64,000 nt of DNA from the sequence record PX068455.1; one strand, given 5' to 3'. Numbering within the stretch: position 1 is the stretch's first letter; every line of letters starts with the position of its first letter. The notes under the pieces are model-generated. The model had not been told where the DNA came from, did no database searches, and saw nothing but the letters and a program-made list of their open reading frames with translations. This document shows positions 38,277 to 48,101 of this stretch, piece by piece. A program made the position numbers and the translations under genes. This stretch comes from a phage.

Positions 38277-40874
38277 TTAAAGGTACAATCCACGGTATTG
38301 AGCATAGAGGCCCAGACCGCGAAGGATTTCGCCAGAGTGATAGCCTACCGGATCAGAAACTGCCCAGCAGCCGTTTAAAACATTATCCCCATTAATGAAG
38401 TGGTGCTTTTGCAGTAGCTTCACACAGGCTTCTACAACAATGTCTATTTGAGGTATTGTCTCTGAATACCCACACAGACCTAGCCAGCAGCAACCTGCAA
38501 GCCATTCACCTACCACCCACATCCTGTCTCCTCTGTCTTGATAAGAATATCCCCCAGAGGTGTTAAAGTCTGTAGGCAGATTTCCTGAATGAGATGACTG
38601 GAATCTGTTGAGGAACCATGCCCATTTCTGGCAGAACAGGAATAGTCTTTCATCAACAGGTTCTTTATGTTTCTTGAGCTCATATATTGTGCGGCACGCA
38701 GCAACAAAAGATCTTGACTGGAGCTTAGAGTTATCTACCATCTCCCACCAACCAGTCAACCCTTCATTACCTCTTTGCCATACATAACGTGAGGCAACTG
38801 GACCCTCTGTCTTAAATGTATTATTATACCAGACTTGAGCGTCATACAGAAAGCCTATTGTATTTGACAATCTATGGCGATCTATGTTTTCTGCACCCAT
38901 ACAGTAGACTGCTGGGTATTGCATGCCAGGGTAGGGCCAATTTGGCCTTTCCTCTAAGAGATAGTTTTCCTTATCTATCACCTTTCCGGCAGGGAACACC
39001 CCTGGCGTGTGCCTGTATGCACCTTGCTTGTAGTTTCTGACATAGCAATCGCCAACCTTAGCGGTTGATTCTGTCTTGCTTGCCATCCATACGCTAAACC
39101 AGATTAGATAAGCATCCCTGTCTGCAATATAGAATTGCGGCAGCGTGTTGACGCAGTACAGATCAAACAAGCCATTACCTATCTGCCTGTCGCTTAGGCT
39201 GAAATCTACAGAGGTGAGCCCCTTAGGATTAGCAAAGAAAGGTTTAATCTCTTCTTCGGTGTGATGAGGTTGTGTCGGATCTAGTTTGAAATCTCCTAGA
39301 GTAAGAGTTTCTGTTATCCATTGTCCATTAGTGGCATATAGATCAGCATACCATAACCACCTGTCTTTGTCAAGAAATTTGACCCTTACCATCTCATCAT
39401 CTGATCGATAAGTTACTGAGTTTAAAGAAATCTCTCTTCCAAAATTGAAAGTTACTTTACCTCTTGCTATATTACAACGGGTGAAGTTGTCAGAGTGGTT
39501 GTAAATGTCGGTATCATACTGCATACCAACACCAGCACCACCGCTTACGGCAATGTTTTCCTCTTTAGGTAAGAGATACGGATTACCGTCTTTACCAACC
39601 ACCTCTACGAAATCAGTAACCTTGGCAACTATTTCTGTTACCTCTGCACCTCCAAAAGGGACACCTATCCTGTACTGTTTTTTGTTATTGTTACCATCAT
39701 TAAGGATGAAATGCGGCTGGAACAGAACACCTTCTCCTCCGAAATTCATAACAATTTCAGCATCTCTACCTATTTTGTATGTAGTCCCTTTTTGAATTAT
39801 TTCGCAAGGCTGGCGTGCGTTCATTCTAAAATTGATATACCCGTCACTGTCCCTGCTCATGACAGGAACTGTTCCTGCAACAAGACAAGCACCATCTGTG
39901 AACGGTGCCTTAATCAACGTGGTCTTTCTAAACAGCTTGTCGTAGGCGTTTATATCACTGAAATTAAGCAACTTGTTGTAAGACTGTTTAAACGCGGTGT
40001 AATACTTTTCCTCACCTGTCAAGGTGTAGAGTTGATAACAAGCGTCACACCACATTTCTTCCCCGTCCAACTCCGGGGCCTGATTATCTGCAACCACGTT
40101 TATAGGATTTACAATTACAGGGGATCCTGCAGGTATCACCGATCCACCCTGCTCTTGAGGTAATCTTACACAATAGGTCACCTTGTGGCTGCCTGTAACA
40201 CCCTTATCTTGTAATTGGATTGTGCCGAACTCTACAGATGTATGACCACTGTCGGCTATGCTACCGTTAGCCCAATAGCGGTTACCATCCCATGCTATAT
40301 ACCACTCAACCCACCAACTTAATCCGGATGTTGTCCAATCCGGGTTAGCATCTGTGCCGCCGTAAACATCAGAGTCTACAGTGTTTCTTCCTAACACACC
40401 GTTATACGCTTGGAATGCCTTGTCCAGGTATTCCCCCCATGTCGGAGATCCAGCTGGGATTTTTCCTCTACCATTGGTAAAAGACACCACCACATCTTTA
40501 AACCCACCATGTGATGGAACCCCGTCTGTGGATAGAGGGTAGTGGGACAATCTTTGCATTTTACTTTCTACAGCATATGCACCCAGAAGATGACTATTGT
40601 AAGCTTCCCAAGCATCTTTTGCCCTATCCAGATAGAAATCGCTTTTCGATGCCCTATATGCTTCAATGTATCCCAGAATCAACACAGCTTGGGACTCATG
40701 CATTGCCCAATCATTATTTATCTTATTACCTGCCCACCCTGCAGCTATAAGACCATCAGGGTTTACTAGCTTATTTTGTGTAGGGGTGTTGGTAATACCT
40801 GTGTTGTTATCGAGGCACTTCCTGTGCCCCTCAATCATCTGAAATACGTTATCAATGTTGTGTTGAATACGCAT
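38277..40874 (-). CDS. tailspike enzymatic subunit, putative glycoside hydrolase/depolymerase
   Basis: 865 aa; N-terminal helical region (ESQAVLILGYIEAYRASKSDFYLDRAKDAWEAY) suggestive of an alpha/alpha-barrel glycosidase; ATG one nt after stop of the adaptor ORF with AGGAG RBS. Confidence 0.4.
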   Translation of the reverse strand: MRIQHNIDNVFQMIEGHRKCLDNNTGITNTPTQNKLVNPDGLIAAGWAGNKINNDWAMHESQAVLILGYIEAYRASKSDFYLDRAKDAWEAYNSHLLGAYAVESKMQRLSHYPLSTDGVPSHGGFKDVVVSFTNGRGKIPAGSPTWGEYLDKAFQAYNGVLGRNTVDSDVYGGTDANPDWTTSGLSWWVEWYIAWDGNRYWANGSIADSGHTSVEFGTIQLQDKGVTGSHKVTYCVRLPQEQGGSVIPAGSPVIVNPINVVADNQAPELDGEEMWCDACYQLYTLTGEEKYYTAFKQSYNKLLNFSDINAYDKLFRKTTLIKAPFTDGACLVAGTVPVMSRDSDGYINFRMNARQPCEIIQKGTTYKIGRDAEIVMNFGGEGVLFQPHFILNDGNNNKKQYRIGVPFGGAEVTEIVAKVTDFVEVVGKDGNPYLLPKEENIAVSGGAGVGMQYDTDIYNHSDNFTRCNIARGKVTFNFGREISLNSVTYRSDDEMVRVKFLDKDRWLWYADLYATNGQWITETLTLGDFKLDPTQPHHTEEEIKPFFANPKGLTSVDFSLSDRQIGNGLFDLYCVNTLPQFYIADRDAYLIWFSVWMASKTESTAKVGDCYVRNYKQGAYRHTPGVFPAGKVIDKENYLLEERPNWPYPGMQYPAVYCMGAENIDRHRLSNTIGFLYDAQVWYNNTFKTEGPVASRYVWQRGNEGLTGWWEMVDNSKLQSRSFVAACRTIYELKKHKEPVDERLFLFCQKWAWFLNRFQSSHSGNLPTDFNTSGGYSYQDRGDRMWVVGEWLAGCCWLGLCGYSETIPQIDIVVEACVKLLQKHHFINGDNVLNGCWAVSDPVGYHSGEILRGLGLYAQYRGLYL

Positions 40875-40875
40875 C

Positions 40876-41544
40876 TTAGATAGCTCCTGCGATAATCAGT
40901 GCCCCGTACCAAGTTAACCCGTTGTCGTAGGTTTCCAACTTGAAAATATCTGTTGCACCAGCTGTAAATGTTAGGATAGGATCTCTTCCGTAGGACCATT
41001 TAACATTGTCAGGCCAATAGACTTTGTTGCCGCCAGAGGTCTGAGTAATGCATACGGTTATAGTTCTCGCCACCCCTTCAAGACCTTCTGTTTGATTTTC
41101 AAAAGAGATTGTGGTATTTGAAGTTAGTCGAACTTTAAAGGTATCCGCAACTTCAAGATCCATATCAAGCTGACCACCGATAGATCCGTAATCAACTATT
41201 CTGCCATAAGAAGTTGCAGCAAGCTCACCAAAAACAGACCATGCATTTGCAGACACACCCCCAGCACCCTCTACAGTGGAGTCTGGGAGGATTATTTTAG
41301 GATAATCCCCGTTCCACGTGTAGTAGCGCTTAGTCTCTGGGTCATAAGCAAAGTCCTTCTTGCTCTTAAGATAGCCACCCTCTGTGAAATAGACTATCTT
41401 AGTAATGCTAAGATCGTTGACAACATCGTCAATCTTAGCCTTTCTTGTCCCATCAGTCTGGTTGACAACCAAGAAGTCATCACTCAGGACTGTTTCTGCA
41501 TCTTCAAGATCTGGAATTGGTATTGTAGGATAAGCTACAGCCAT
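40876..41544 (-). CDS. tail fibre/tailspike N-terminal adaptor-domain protein
   Basis: 222 aa; DDFLVVNQTDGTRKAKIDDVV...FTEGGYLKSKKDFAY aligns with the N-terminus of 34441..38241. Confidence 0.5.
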   Translation of the reverse strand: MAVAYPTIPIPDLEDAETVLSDDFLVVNQTDGTRKAKIDDVVNDLSITKIVYFTEGGYLKSKKDFAYDPETKRYYTWNGDYPKIILPDSTVEGAGGVSANAWSVFGELAATSYGRIVDYGSIGGQLDMDLEVADTFKVRLTSNTTISFENQTEGLEGVARTITVCITQTSGGNKVYWPDNVKWSYGRDPILTFTAGATDIFKLETYDNGLTWYGALIIAGAI

Positions 41545-41553
41545 GATTTCTCC

Positions 41554-42270
41554 TTAGTTAACATCAATAGCACGACCAGACTGGTTGGCAATGGCCTCAT
41601 CATTGGAGGTAGCAATAACACCAGAGTATTCGCGCTCATCTGGAGCAAGCGTCCAGGTATTGCGGTTAATGGTTTGTTCTGCCTCAGTCATCAGCAGATC
41701 TTTATCCTGAGTCAACAGAGAGCCTACAGGGATCGGGTTTTCCATCTCAGGACCAGCATACTGGTTCCACCATGTGGCATCTCCGGTTCTAGGCAATCTG
41801 AAGTTGATCAGATAGTACAGTTTATTAGCCCACTTAATCCAACCCTCATCATCACAGAGAGAGGTTGTCCCAGAATCAGGCTGTGGGTAGGTGAACTGAT
41901 CAAGACCTACGAAAGCCAGCCTTACAATCTCGTTCTCTTTGGTAACAACCTCAAAGAACGCTTGGTATGTTCTCGATCTTCGATCCATGGTAGACTGGAA
42001 GTTTATGATGTTTAGCACATCCGGCTCTTGTCTTGCCACTTCCATAATCTTGTTATCAAGAACAGTCTTCATGACCTTCTTACTGAGAAAGTCCATATAA
42101 GGGAAGCCAAACAACTCGTCAAAGTACCAGCTCCCCTTCCACGTATTAAACCTCATCCACAAGCGCTGGCGCAGACTTACTTGGTTTGAATCTATCAACT
42201 CAAGACCTTTGTCTATCGCCAAATCGCCTGTCTGTGGGTCCATCAATATATCACTATAAAGCGTAGCCAT
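41554..42270 (-). CDS. baseplate protein with gpW/gp25-like N-terminal domain
   Basis: 238 aa; SLRQRLWMRFNTWKGSWYFDELFGFPY...ARQEPDV fits the W/gp25 pattern; C-terminal 120-aa extension. Confidence 0.45.
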   Translation of the reverse strand: MATLYSDILMDPQTGDLAIDKGLELIDSNQVSLRQRLWMRFNTWKGSWYFDELFGFPYMDFLSKKVMKTVLDNKIMEVARQEPDVLNIINFQSTMDRRSRTYQAFFEVVTKENEIVRLAFVGLDQFTYPQPDSGTTSLCDDEGWIKWANKLYYLINFRLPRTGDATWWNQYAGPEMENPIPVGSLLTQDKDLLMTEAEQTINRNTWTLAPDEREYSGVIATSNDEAIANQSGRAIDVN

Positions 42271-42282
42271 GAAAGCCCTCTA

Positions 42283-42960
42283 TTAGTGCGGTCCACTTGT
42301 CTCGCCATCAGGGCAAGAGTGGGTATGACCTTTATATTCTGCATAGAATGAATCCAAATCCACACCAGCAGCAGTTATAATTCTACCAGATGGGTCTATT
42401 GTGGCACCATTCATTCTGATATTTCCATCCACAGCAGCTCGCAAATTGGCAGCCCCGTTAGTGAAAGAAAACTCCCCGCTACTGTCGCACCGTAATGTCC
42501 CACCAGGTGTTTGAAGCTCAAAATCGCCAGAAGGTGTCAGTTTAAAATAAACCCTATCATTCCATAACTCTACGTTATCAGGATCGATCTGTAAAGCGTT
42601 TGAGTCTGAATGAACAGAGGTGATTGCCCACCCTGGAAACAGGCCGTGAGTTTGTTGATCGTCGTTATTGTTTTCATTTCTCTCTGAAAACTGCAATCCT
42701 ACAACATCCCCAGCCTTAATAGGAAGTGTTAACCTTGCCTTTCCGCTGTTTGCAGACATCACCTGAATTGGAACGTCATAGATAAGAGGGTATCTCTCCA
42801 CATCCCCGTCATCAAACGTGGTTTCAGCTATTGGCTGCACGGCTGCAGAAGGTATACTGTAGTCAACACTGACAACTCTGGCCCTGATACTGGTGTGATA
42901 GTCCCTCATTATTTTTTCTATAAAGGATCTTACAGCAGCATCTTTCCTATTTATTGCCAT
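42283..42960 (-). CDS. baseplate central spike, P2 gpV-like
   Basis: 225 aa; C-terminal EYKGHTHSCPDGETSGPH matches the gpV apex HTH..P.D..G.T motif. Confidence 0.6.
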   Translation of the reverse strand: MAINRKDAAVRSFIEKIMRDYHTSIRARVVSVDYSIPSAAVQPIAETTFDDGDVERYPLIYDVPIQVMSANSGKARLTLPIKAGDVVGLQFSERNENNNDDQQTHGLFPGWAITSVHSDSNALQIDPDNVELWNDRVYFKLTPSGDFELQTPGGTLRCDSSGEFSFTNGAANLRAAVDGNIRMNGATIDPSGRIITAAGVDLDSFYAEYKGHTHSCPDGETSGPH

Positions 42961-43958
42961 TATACCTCCTCAGTTTTGTCAACAACTCCACCCACTGTTT
43001 CCCCAAGGCCAAGCTCTGTAGTGTAATCACCGCCTTCTATGGTGCCCTTATGATGCACCGTGATCACCTTATAGAAGCCTGTATATTGCCTGCTTTTAAG
43101 ATAAATAGTGGACTCTGGGAGGATAGCTCCGTTAAGGCATGTGGTTACAGTAAGGCCAACATCCTCTCTCGGGTTTTTCTTTTTCTTACGTGTGCCACCT
43201 TTCGCAGCAGCTTTAGCTTTTCGCTTTTTAGCAGGTTCTGGGTTTTTAGGGGTAGGTGATCCGTGCATCCCAGACTCTGCACTTATTTCAAACACAGAGT
43301 CTTTAAACCTTTTTCCAACCTTAGTCCAATACAAAGCCCCATCCTGAACGCTAAATGTGGAGTTGGTCAGCCTTGCAAACCTGCGGAGGTTCTCTGCAGT
43401 GTTTCCAGAGAAAGCCATAGAGTATTGCAAAGTCTGGTTTCCAAAACCAACAACCCTACCTTTTGGCAAGTTCATATCCTTCAGCAGGTCATTAAGCACA
43501 GAGTTCAGAGGTGTACCTTTCTGATAAGATCTTGTGCTTTGGCACTTAATGATGTTCTCAGTGCCATCCCCAAAGATGAACTTAGTTTTTCTGGTCGGGC
43601 CTTCCCATCTGTCCTCAACAAACTCTACAGTTCCAGAGAATATCAACTGGTTCTCATTGTCATAGCCAGCCTCAAACATAACTGCAAGAGCATCAGCTTG
43701 ATGCATATCCAGATAGTTAACTGTATCGTCAGACAGGTTGTAAACTGTCACATAGCCTTTGTTTGGCTCTTTGGTATTGTCCTTTTGTATGTCAAACTCT
43801 ATATTGGCAGCACCAGTGTCCGAGCTAATCTCATAAACTCCGGAATCACTCTCTCCTTTCTTTTCAACAGATTTTGGGATATTGGTTTTTGATTTACCGC
43901 CATGCTCTACAGGACGACCAAATAATAATCGCCATGTTCTACGTCTGTACTCTGCCAT
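42960..43958 (-). CDS. putative baseplate hub protein
   Basis: 332 aa with Lys-rich linker; position between tape measure and spike. Confidence 0.35.
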   Translation of the reverse strand: MAEYRRRTWRLLFGRPVEHGGKSKTNIPKSVEKKGESDSGVYEISSDTGAANIEFDIQKDNTKEPNKGYVTVYNLSDDTVNYLDMHQADALAVMFEAGYDNENQLIFSGTVEFVEDRWEGPTRKTKFIFGDGTENIIKCQSTRSYQKGTPLNSVLNDLLKDMNLPKGRVVGFGNQTLQYSMAFSGNTAENLRRFARLTNSTFSVQDGALYWTKVGKRFKDSVFEISAESGMHGSPTPKNPEPAKKRKAKAAAKGGTRKKKKNPREDVGLTVTTCLNGAILPESTIYLKSRQYTGFYKVITVHHKGTIEGGDYTTELGLGETVGGVVDKTEEV

Positions 43959-44338
43959 TATTCTAACCCTTGCTGTTCCTTGTAAAGATCAACTGGGGTG
44001 CCGTATACAAGCTGTAGCTCGGATCTTGCTCCAAGGTTGTATCTTCCAACCCTGCCCCAATATTGATCATCTTTAAACGACAGCGCCATCAATCTACCTT
44101 TCGGTAAATCGTCTCTGTAATGCAGTCCGTCTAAGATATCTTGACAAGCTGTTACTTTTCTGGTTACTAAAGGGCTGTCACCTACCGGACCAAGGGATAA
44201 CCACCAAGACTCATCCCTCTCATTCCATTGCATACGCATTTCATATGTTTCATTGTCTAAAACAACACGCATGGTTTGATCAGGAAAGCCGTCAATGTCC
44301 CACACAAAGGTGATTATGCACCAATCTTTAAGCTCCAT
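43958..44338 (-). CDS. hypothetical tail protein
   Basis: 126-aa ORF. Confidence 0.35.
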   Translation of the reverse strand: MELKDWCIITFVWDIDGFPDQTMRVVLDNETYEMRMQWNERDESWWLSLGPVGDSPLVTRKVTACQDILDGLHYRDDLPKGRLMALSFKDDQYWGRVGRYNLGARSELQLVYGTPVDLYKEQQGLE

Positions 44339-44350
44339 TACACGCTCCCC

Positions 44351-45235
44351 TTATTTTCCGTTAACTTTGTTGTAGTTTCCCTGCTCAGATGGGACTATGG
44401 TAGAAGGTCTTCCATATTCCTGGTAATACCAATCCGCAGCAGATTGGGTAACACCGTTTTCATCTGTCCACATCATAGATTTGTATGGCTGCCACTCTTC
44501 TGCAGCATTTGTGGATGCAGTGTCTGCAAATGCCCCTGTGTCCCTCTTGTTACCTACGTTACTGCCATTCTTACAATCGTTGACAGCACCTTTTTGCTGG
44601 GTCTTGCCTACTTTCTTAGGGTTGCTGTATACAGTTGCATTAACAACCTTGTTCAAGTAGAATGTGCGGAACTCTGTAAGTTCTACATCAAACACCATCG
44701 CAGCACCTTCACCAACAGACTTGTTGGCAGAAAGACTGGTTATGATGTAGTTCTCAAGGAGCCTCTCCTCGGTAACCAAAGAAACCAACTGGCGCTTATT
44801 AATGATCTCAGTCAAAGCCTCCAGTGCAGCGCCTGGTCGCATAGATGCTGCAGGGTTTTTAGAGTCAGTATTCCTGTCAATGTAGTTTTGCTCATAGATT
44901 ATGTGTGGTGATGTATTTACCCTACCAGTAAAAGAAAATACACCATCTTTAATTACAGCGTGGTCTGACAGGGTAGATTTATCTTCCACCGCAAAATCAG
45001 TCTTATCAACAGAATGTTTGAAAGAGTAATTCTCAATCTGATCGAAGATGATGGCAAGATCGTTAGTAAAGTTTTTGCCCTTCATCTCCGTATTGCGACC
45101 ACCATAGTTAAGACCGCTGACAAACATAGTGTACTTTACATCGCTTTCAGTTTGTTGCTCTGCCTTTTCAGCCTTTGGAGATTTAACCTCTTGAGGCTTG
45201 TACAGGTCTTTTTCATCAACTATATTGCTTGGCAT
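44351..45235 (-). CDS. tail/baseplate protein following the tape measure
   Basis: Track ORF 44351..45262; ATG at 45233-45235 has a GGAGAGG RBS, whereas the -10 element lies only 7 nt from the upstream ATG. Confidence 0.4.
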   Translation of the reverse strand: MPSNIVDEKDLYKPQEVKSPKAEKAEQQTESDVKYTMFVSGLNYGGRNTEMKGKNFTNDLAIIFDQIENYSFKHSVDKTDFAVEDKSTLSDHAVIKDGVFSFTGRVNTSPHIIYEQNYIDRNTDSKNPAASMRPGAALEALTEIINKRQLVSLVTEERLLENYIITSLSANKSVGEGAAMVFDVELTEFRTFYLNKVVNATVYSNPKKVGKTQQKGAVNDCKNGSNVGNKRDTGAFADTASTNAAEEWQPYKSMMWTDENGVTQSAADWYYQEYGRPSTIVPSEQGNYNKVNGK

Positions 45236-45268
45236 AACCTCTCCAGGACACTCCGATACCATCTAAAT

Positions 45269-45297
45269 ATTGTATCATAAAATAGCCGTTTTTACAA
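45269..45297 (-). promoter_or_regulatory. sigma70-like promoter (TTGTAA-17-TACAAT)
   Basis: -10 at 45269-45274, -35 at 45292-45297 (minus sense), just downstream of terminator 45303-45329. Confidence 0.4.
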
Positions 45298-45302
45298 CAC
45301 CG

Positions 45303-45329
45303 ATAAAATAAAGGGGGCCGGAGCCCCCT
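45303..45329 (-). terminator. intrinsic terminator GGGGGC-UCCG-GCCCCC plus UUUAUUUUAU
   Basis: Perfect 6-bp GC hairpin after the tape-measure stop at 45342. Confidence 0.6.
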
Positions 45330-45341
45330 GTGTGCTGTTTA

Positions 45342-47681
45342 TTACCAAAGATCTGTTGACATAAAGTTAATATCCTTGTTGTTCTCCCACTCAAGTTTTG
45401 CATCAAGTATTTTGCTAAACTCCCCCTCATCTATTGAAATCGTGATTTTACCATCACTAATCTCTAAAGGGAGCATTTCCATAGTTCTTAATTGAGAAGC
45501 AAAACCAGGGCCACCGGGCAACGGAAGAGTCCCTCCCGGTAAGGTGTCCAAAGGATCAACAAACCCGTTACCTCCAGATATGATATCTTTGCGAATCATA
45601 TCGCTGATAGTATCCAGTTGCTGATTTCTCTCACTCAGTGGGTTGAAACGGTCATTAAATAACTCCCCGGCGCTTAATATTGTACCGATAATACCAAGCT
45701 TACCAAGCAGGCCAACTTTACCACCAGGTGTCTTGAGGCCACCTCCCCCTTTTCCTGCCGCACCACCACCAGATCCTTCTGTGGTAGCTGCACCTGCACC
45801 TGCTGCTCCAGCTGCACCTCTTATAGAACTAAGGAATTTGAAGGTTTTTACAAGCATAGATGCCATGACAAAACCTTTTGTCAGGGCGTTCACTACCAGC
45901 ATAATGGCAGCAGCAAACCCTGCCCATTTAGCATAGCTAAAGGTGTCATTAAGCTCTTCAGAATATTCCTTCGTCTTAGCTGTTATGAGTCCCCATTTAA
46001 TCCCCCATTCAAGGAAAAACATGCGGATCTTGACTATGGTATTGTTTAGTTCACCAACTACCCAGTTGAGACCTCTCACAAAACCACTAACAAAATCACC
46101 AGAGGCATCCCACACAAATTGCAAAGTCTCACCAGTGCGAATCAGTGTATAATAGAACTCTGTTAGTTCATCAGCCCAACGGGTGAATAGTTTCTGACGA
46201 GACAGTTCAATGAAGGTTTTCAGTCTGTTTTCTGCCAGTACGTTAGACTTCTGCATTCTTTCATAACCAGCTGCAGATGCCTCGTTCATGTACTTAGCCA
46301 CATACTTCATGATCTTGGCTGTCTTAACCTCACCTTTCTTCATCATGTCCATGAACTGATCCATGGATAGTTCAGAAAGACCAAAAGCCTCTTTGGTGGC
46401 TTTGATAAAAGGTTCGTATGCACCAGGCAATGCTTCAGCAAGTTGTTGCTTCAGTTCTTCGGACATTACCTGTCCTTTACCGAGCATTTGCTGGATTGCC
46501 ATGATGCCACGCTGGTATTTTACCTCATCTGCACCGTAAGCAGCAGCATACTGTGAGTATGCAGAGAATAGCTCATGCACCTCTTGATTTGTCATCTGGT
46601 TTTTGGCGTTTACCGCCATCTGGGCGTAACCTTGAAGACCAGATTTGAGATCAAAACCAAGACGCATAGCCTCTTGCTGGACAAACGCAACCTCACTGTT
46701 GGCTTTGTTTGGATCTCCAGTAACAGCAGTAAGAGCAGCACTTGCCCCCTCCATCATGTGACCAGATCTGTTCACAGCAGTAAATCCAGAGAAAGCCGTA
46801 TACGCAGCTGTTGCATTAATAACAGACCTACGTAAGTCTCTCATGGCATCACCAAGTGTAAGCGTTTGGCTGGTGGCGCTTTTAAATCCAGACTGCAGAG
46901 CTGACAGGTGGGCGTTAAAGGTTGACTTTTTCATCTCTCCGCGAGCAAACCTGGACTCTAACTCTGAGTATCCTGGCAAGCTTCCACGGAATCCGGCCCC
47001 ATACTTGGCAGAAAGTCTTATCGCAGAGTTGTAGAGGTGGGTTCTCCTTGCCTCACGATCCGACATAAGCTTATTATCCATACCAGCTTTACTGTCTCTT
47101 CTTAGCTGCCTATGATAACGATTCATAGCGGCTGTCTGAGCTTTCACAAGGTTAGGGTCGGAAGCCACACCACCCATATTAGGGTTACCTGGGATATACT
47201 TGAAAGATTTGGCATTAGCCAAAACTCTTGCCTTAGGTGCCTTATAACCGCCGTAAGACACTGGTGCAGATTTGGTAGCCTTTTTGGCCTCTTTAGCTTG
47301 CTGCTGGTAGAACTTACGCATCCTAGCCATTTCTGGATTTTTAGCGGTAAGATTACCCACAGCTTGTTTACGTCTCGCGTTCTCCCTACGTTCTATTGCA
47401 GCCCTTACTGCAGCCTCTTTCTTGGCCTGTGCTACGCTCTCCCTGTGCAGTTTAGCATTTGCCTGATATTGCTGTCTGGCAACCCGCTGCATTGTTTGCT
47501 GGGTTTTAACAGCCACTGCCTGCCATCTACTCATTGGGTTGGCTGAGTTAAAATCCTCGCCCAGTTTCCTGAACTCCCTCCCAATACTGCGAATTTTCTC
47601 TACAGCTTTTTTGTAGGAGGAGTTCTCTATCTCAAAGCCAATCTTGTTGACTGTTGTGGCAACTATTTTGTTTGTAGCCAT
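45342..47681 (-). CDS. tail tape measure protein
   Basis: 779 aa, helical and Ala/Lys/Gln-rich; TMP-core-like GIMAIQQMLGKGQVMSEELKQQL; Gly-rich C-terminal region; downstream of frameshifted chaperone pair. Confidence 0.8.
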   Translation of the reverse strand: MATNKIVATTVNKIGFEIENSSYKKAVEKIRSIGREFRKLGEDFNSANPMSRWQAVAVKTQQTMQRVARQQYQANAKLHRESVAQAKKEAAVRAAIERRENARRKQAVGNLTAKNPEMARMRKFYQQQAKEAKKATKSAPVSYGGYKAPKARVLANAKSFKYIPGNPNMGGVASDPNLVKAQTAAMNRYHRQLRRDSKAGMDNKLMSDREARRTHLYNSAIRLSAKYGAGFRGSLPGYSELESRFARGEMKKSTFNAHLSALQSGFKSATSQTLTLGDAMRDLRRSVINATAAYTAFSGFTAVNRSGHMMEGASAALTAVTGDPNKANSEVAFVQQEAMRLGFDLKSGLQGYAQMAVNAKNQMTNQEVHELFSAYSQYAAAYGADEVKYQRGIMAIQQMLGKGQVMSEELKQQLAEALPGAYEPFIKATKEAFGLSELSMDQFMDMMKKGEVKTAKIMKYVAKYMNEASAAGYERMQKSNVLAENRLKTFIELSRQKLFTRWADELTEFYYTLIRTGETLQFVWDASGDFVSGFVRGLNWVVGELNNTIVKIRMFFLEWGIKWGLITAKTKEYSEELNDTFSYAKWAGFAAAIMLVVNALTKGFVMASMLVKTFKFLSSIRGAAGAAGAGAATTEGSGGGAAGKGGGGLKTPGGKVGLLGKLGIIGTILSAGELFNDRFNPLSERNQQLDTISDMIRKDIISGGNGFVDPLDTLPGGTLPLPGGPGFASQLRTMEMLPLEISDGKITISIDEGEFSKILDAKLEWENNKDINFMSTDLW

Positions 47682-47735
47682 GCTTTCCTCATAATAAAAA
47701 GGGCCAGATCCCAGAAAAGGAATCCGGCCCTTAGA

Positions 47736-48101
47736 TTATCCTCTCCTGCGCTTAGCTTTCGCAGCAGCTGCGGCAGCCTTCTGCTCCCGCTCCATTTCCC
47801 TGTTTTGGACGGTATCTAGGAATTCTTCGATATCAAGATACTCACAGAGCTTCAGGAAATACGCCATATCTGCAAGATTTAGCGATTCAAAATTTTCCCC
47901 TTTGAAATTCTTGAGCACCCTGCACCAAAGAAAGTCGAACCAGTTAAGTGAACTGTTCTTAGCTGCCCACTCACTGGCCCTCACAACAACCTTGCTTATT
48001 CCTGCTCTTCCGGAGTCTGATCCAGATTGTTCACCTGCTGGATCATACCCATCTGCTGTAACATCTCCAGAAGGCTTCCTAAACCGTCTTGTGTGAAAAA
48101 A
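47736..48101 (-). CDS. tail assembly chaperone -1 frame extension (gpT-like), made as a G-T fusion by frameshift
   Basis: -1 frame is open from the slippery heptamer U_UUU_UUC (about 48095-48101) through the 82-aa ORF to stop at 47736. Confidence 0.5.
   Translation of the reverse strand, partial: FFHTRRFRKPSGDVTADGYDPAGEQSGSDSGRAGISKVVVRASEWAAKNSSLNWFDFLWCRVLKNFKGENFESLNLADMAYFLKLCEYLDIEEFLDTVQNREMEREQKAAAAAAKAKRRRG

Noticed and set aside
40872-40880. Possible +1 frameshift fusing the 222-aa adaptor with the 865-aa tailspike
   Set aside because: The downstream frame is open for only 7 codons upstream of its ATG, there is no shifty codon at the stop, and an AGGAG RBS is correctly spaced for independent initiation; two separate, coupled genes is simpler.
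43263-44911. Plus-strand ORFs of 209 and 211 aa (43263..43892, 44276..44911)
   Set aside because: Antisense to well-supported baseplate genes in a uniformly minus-strand operon; no start context.
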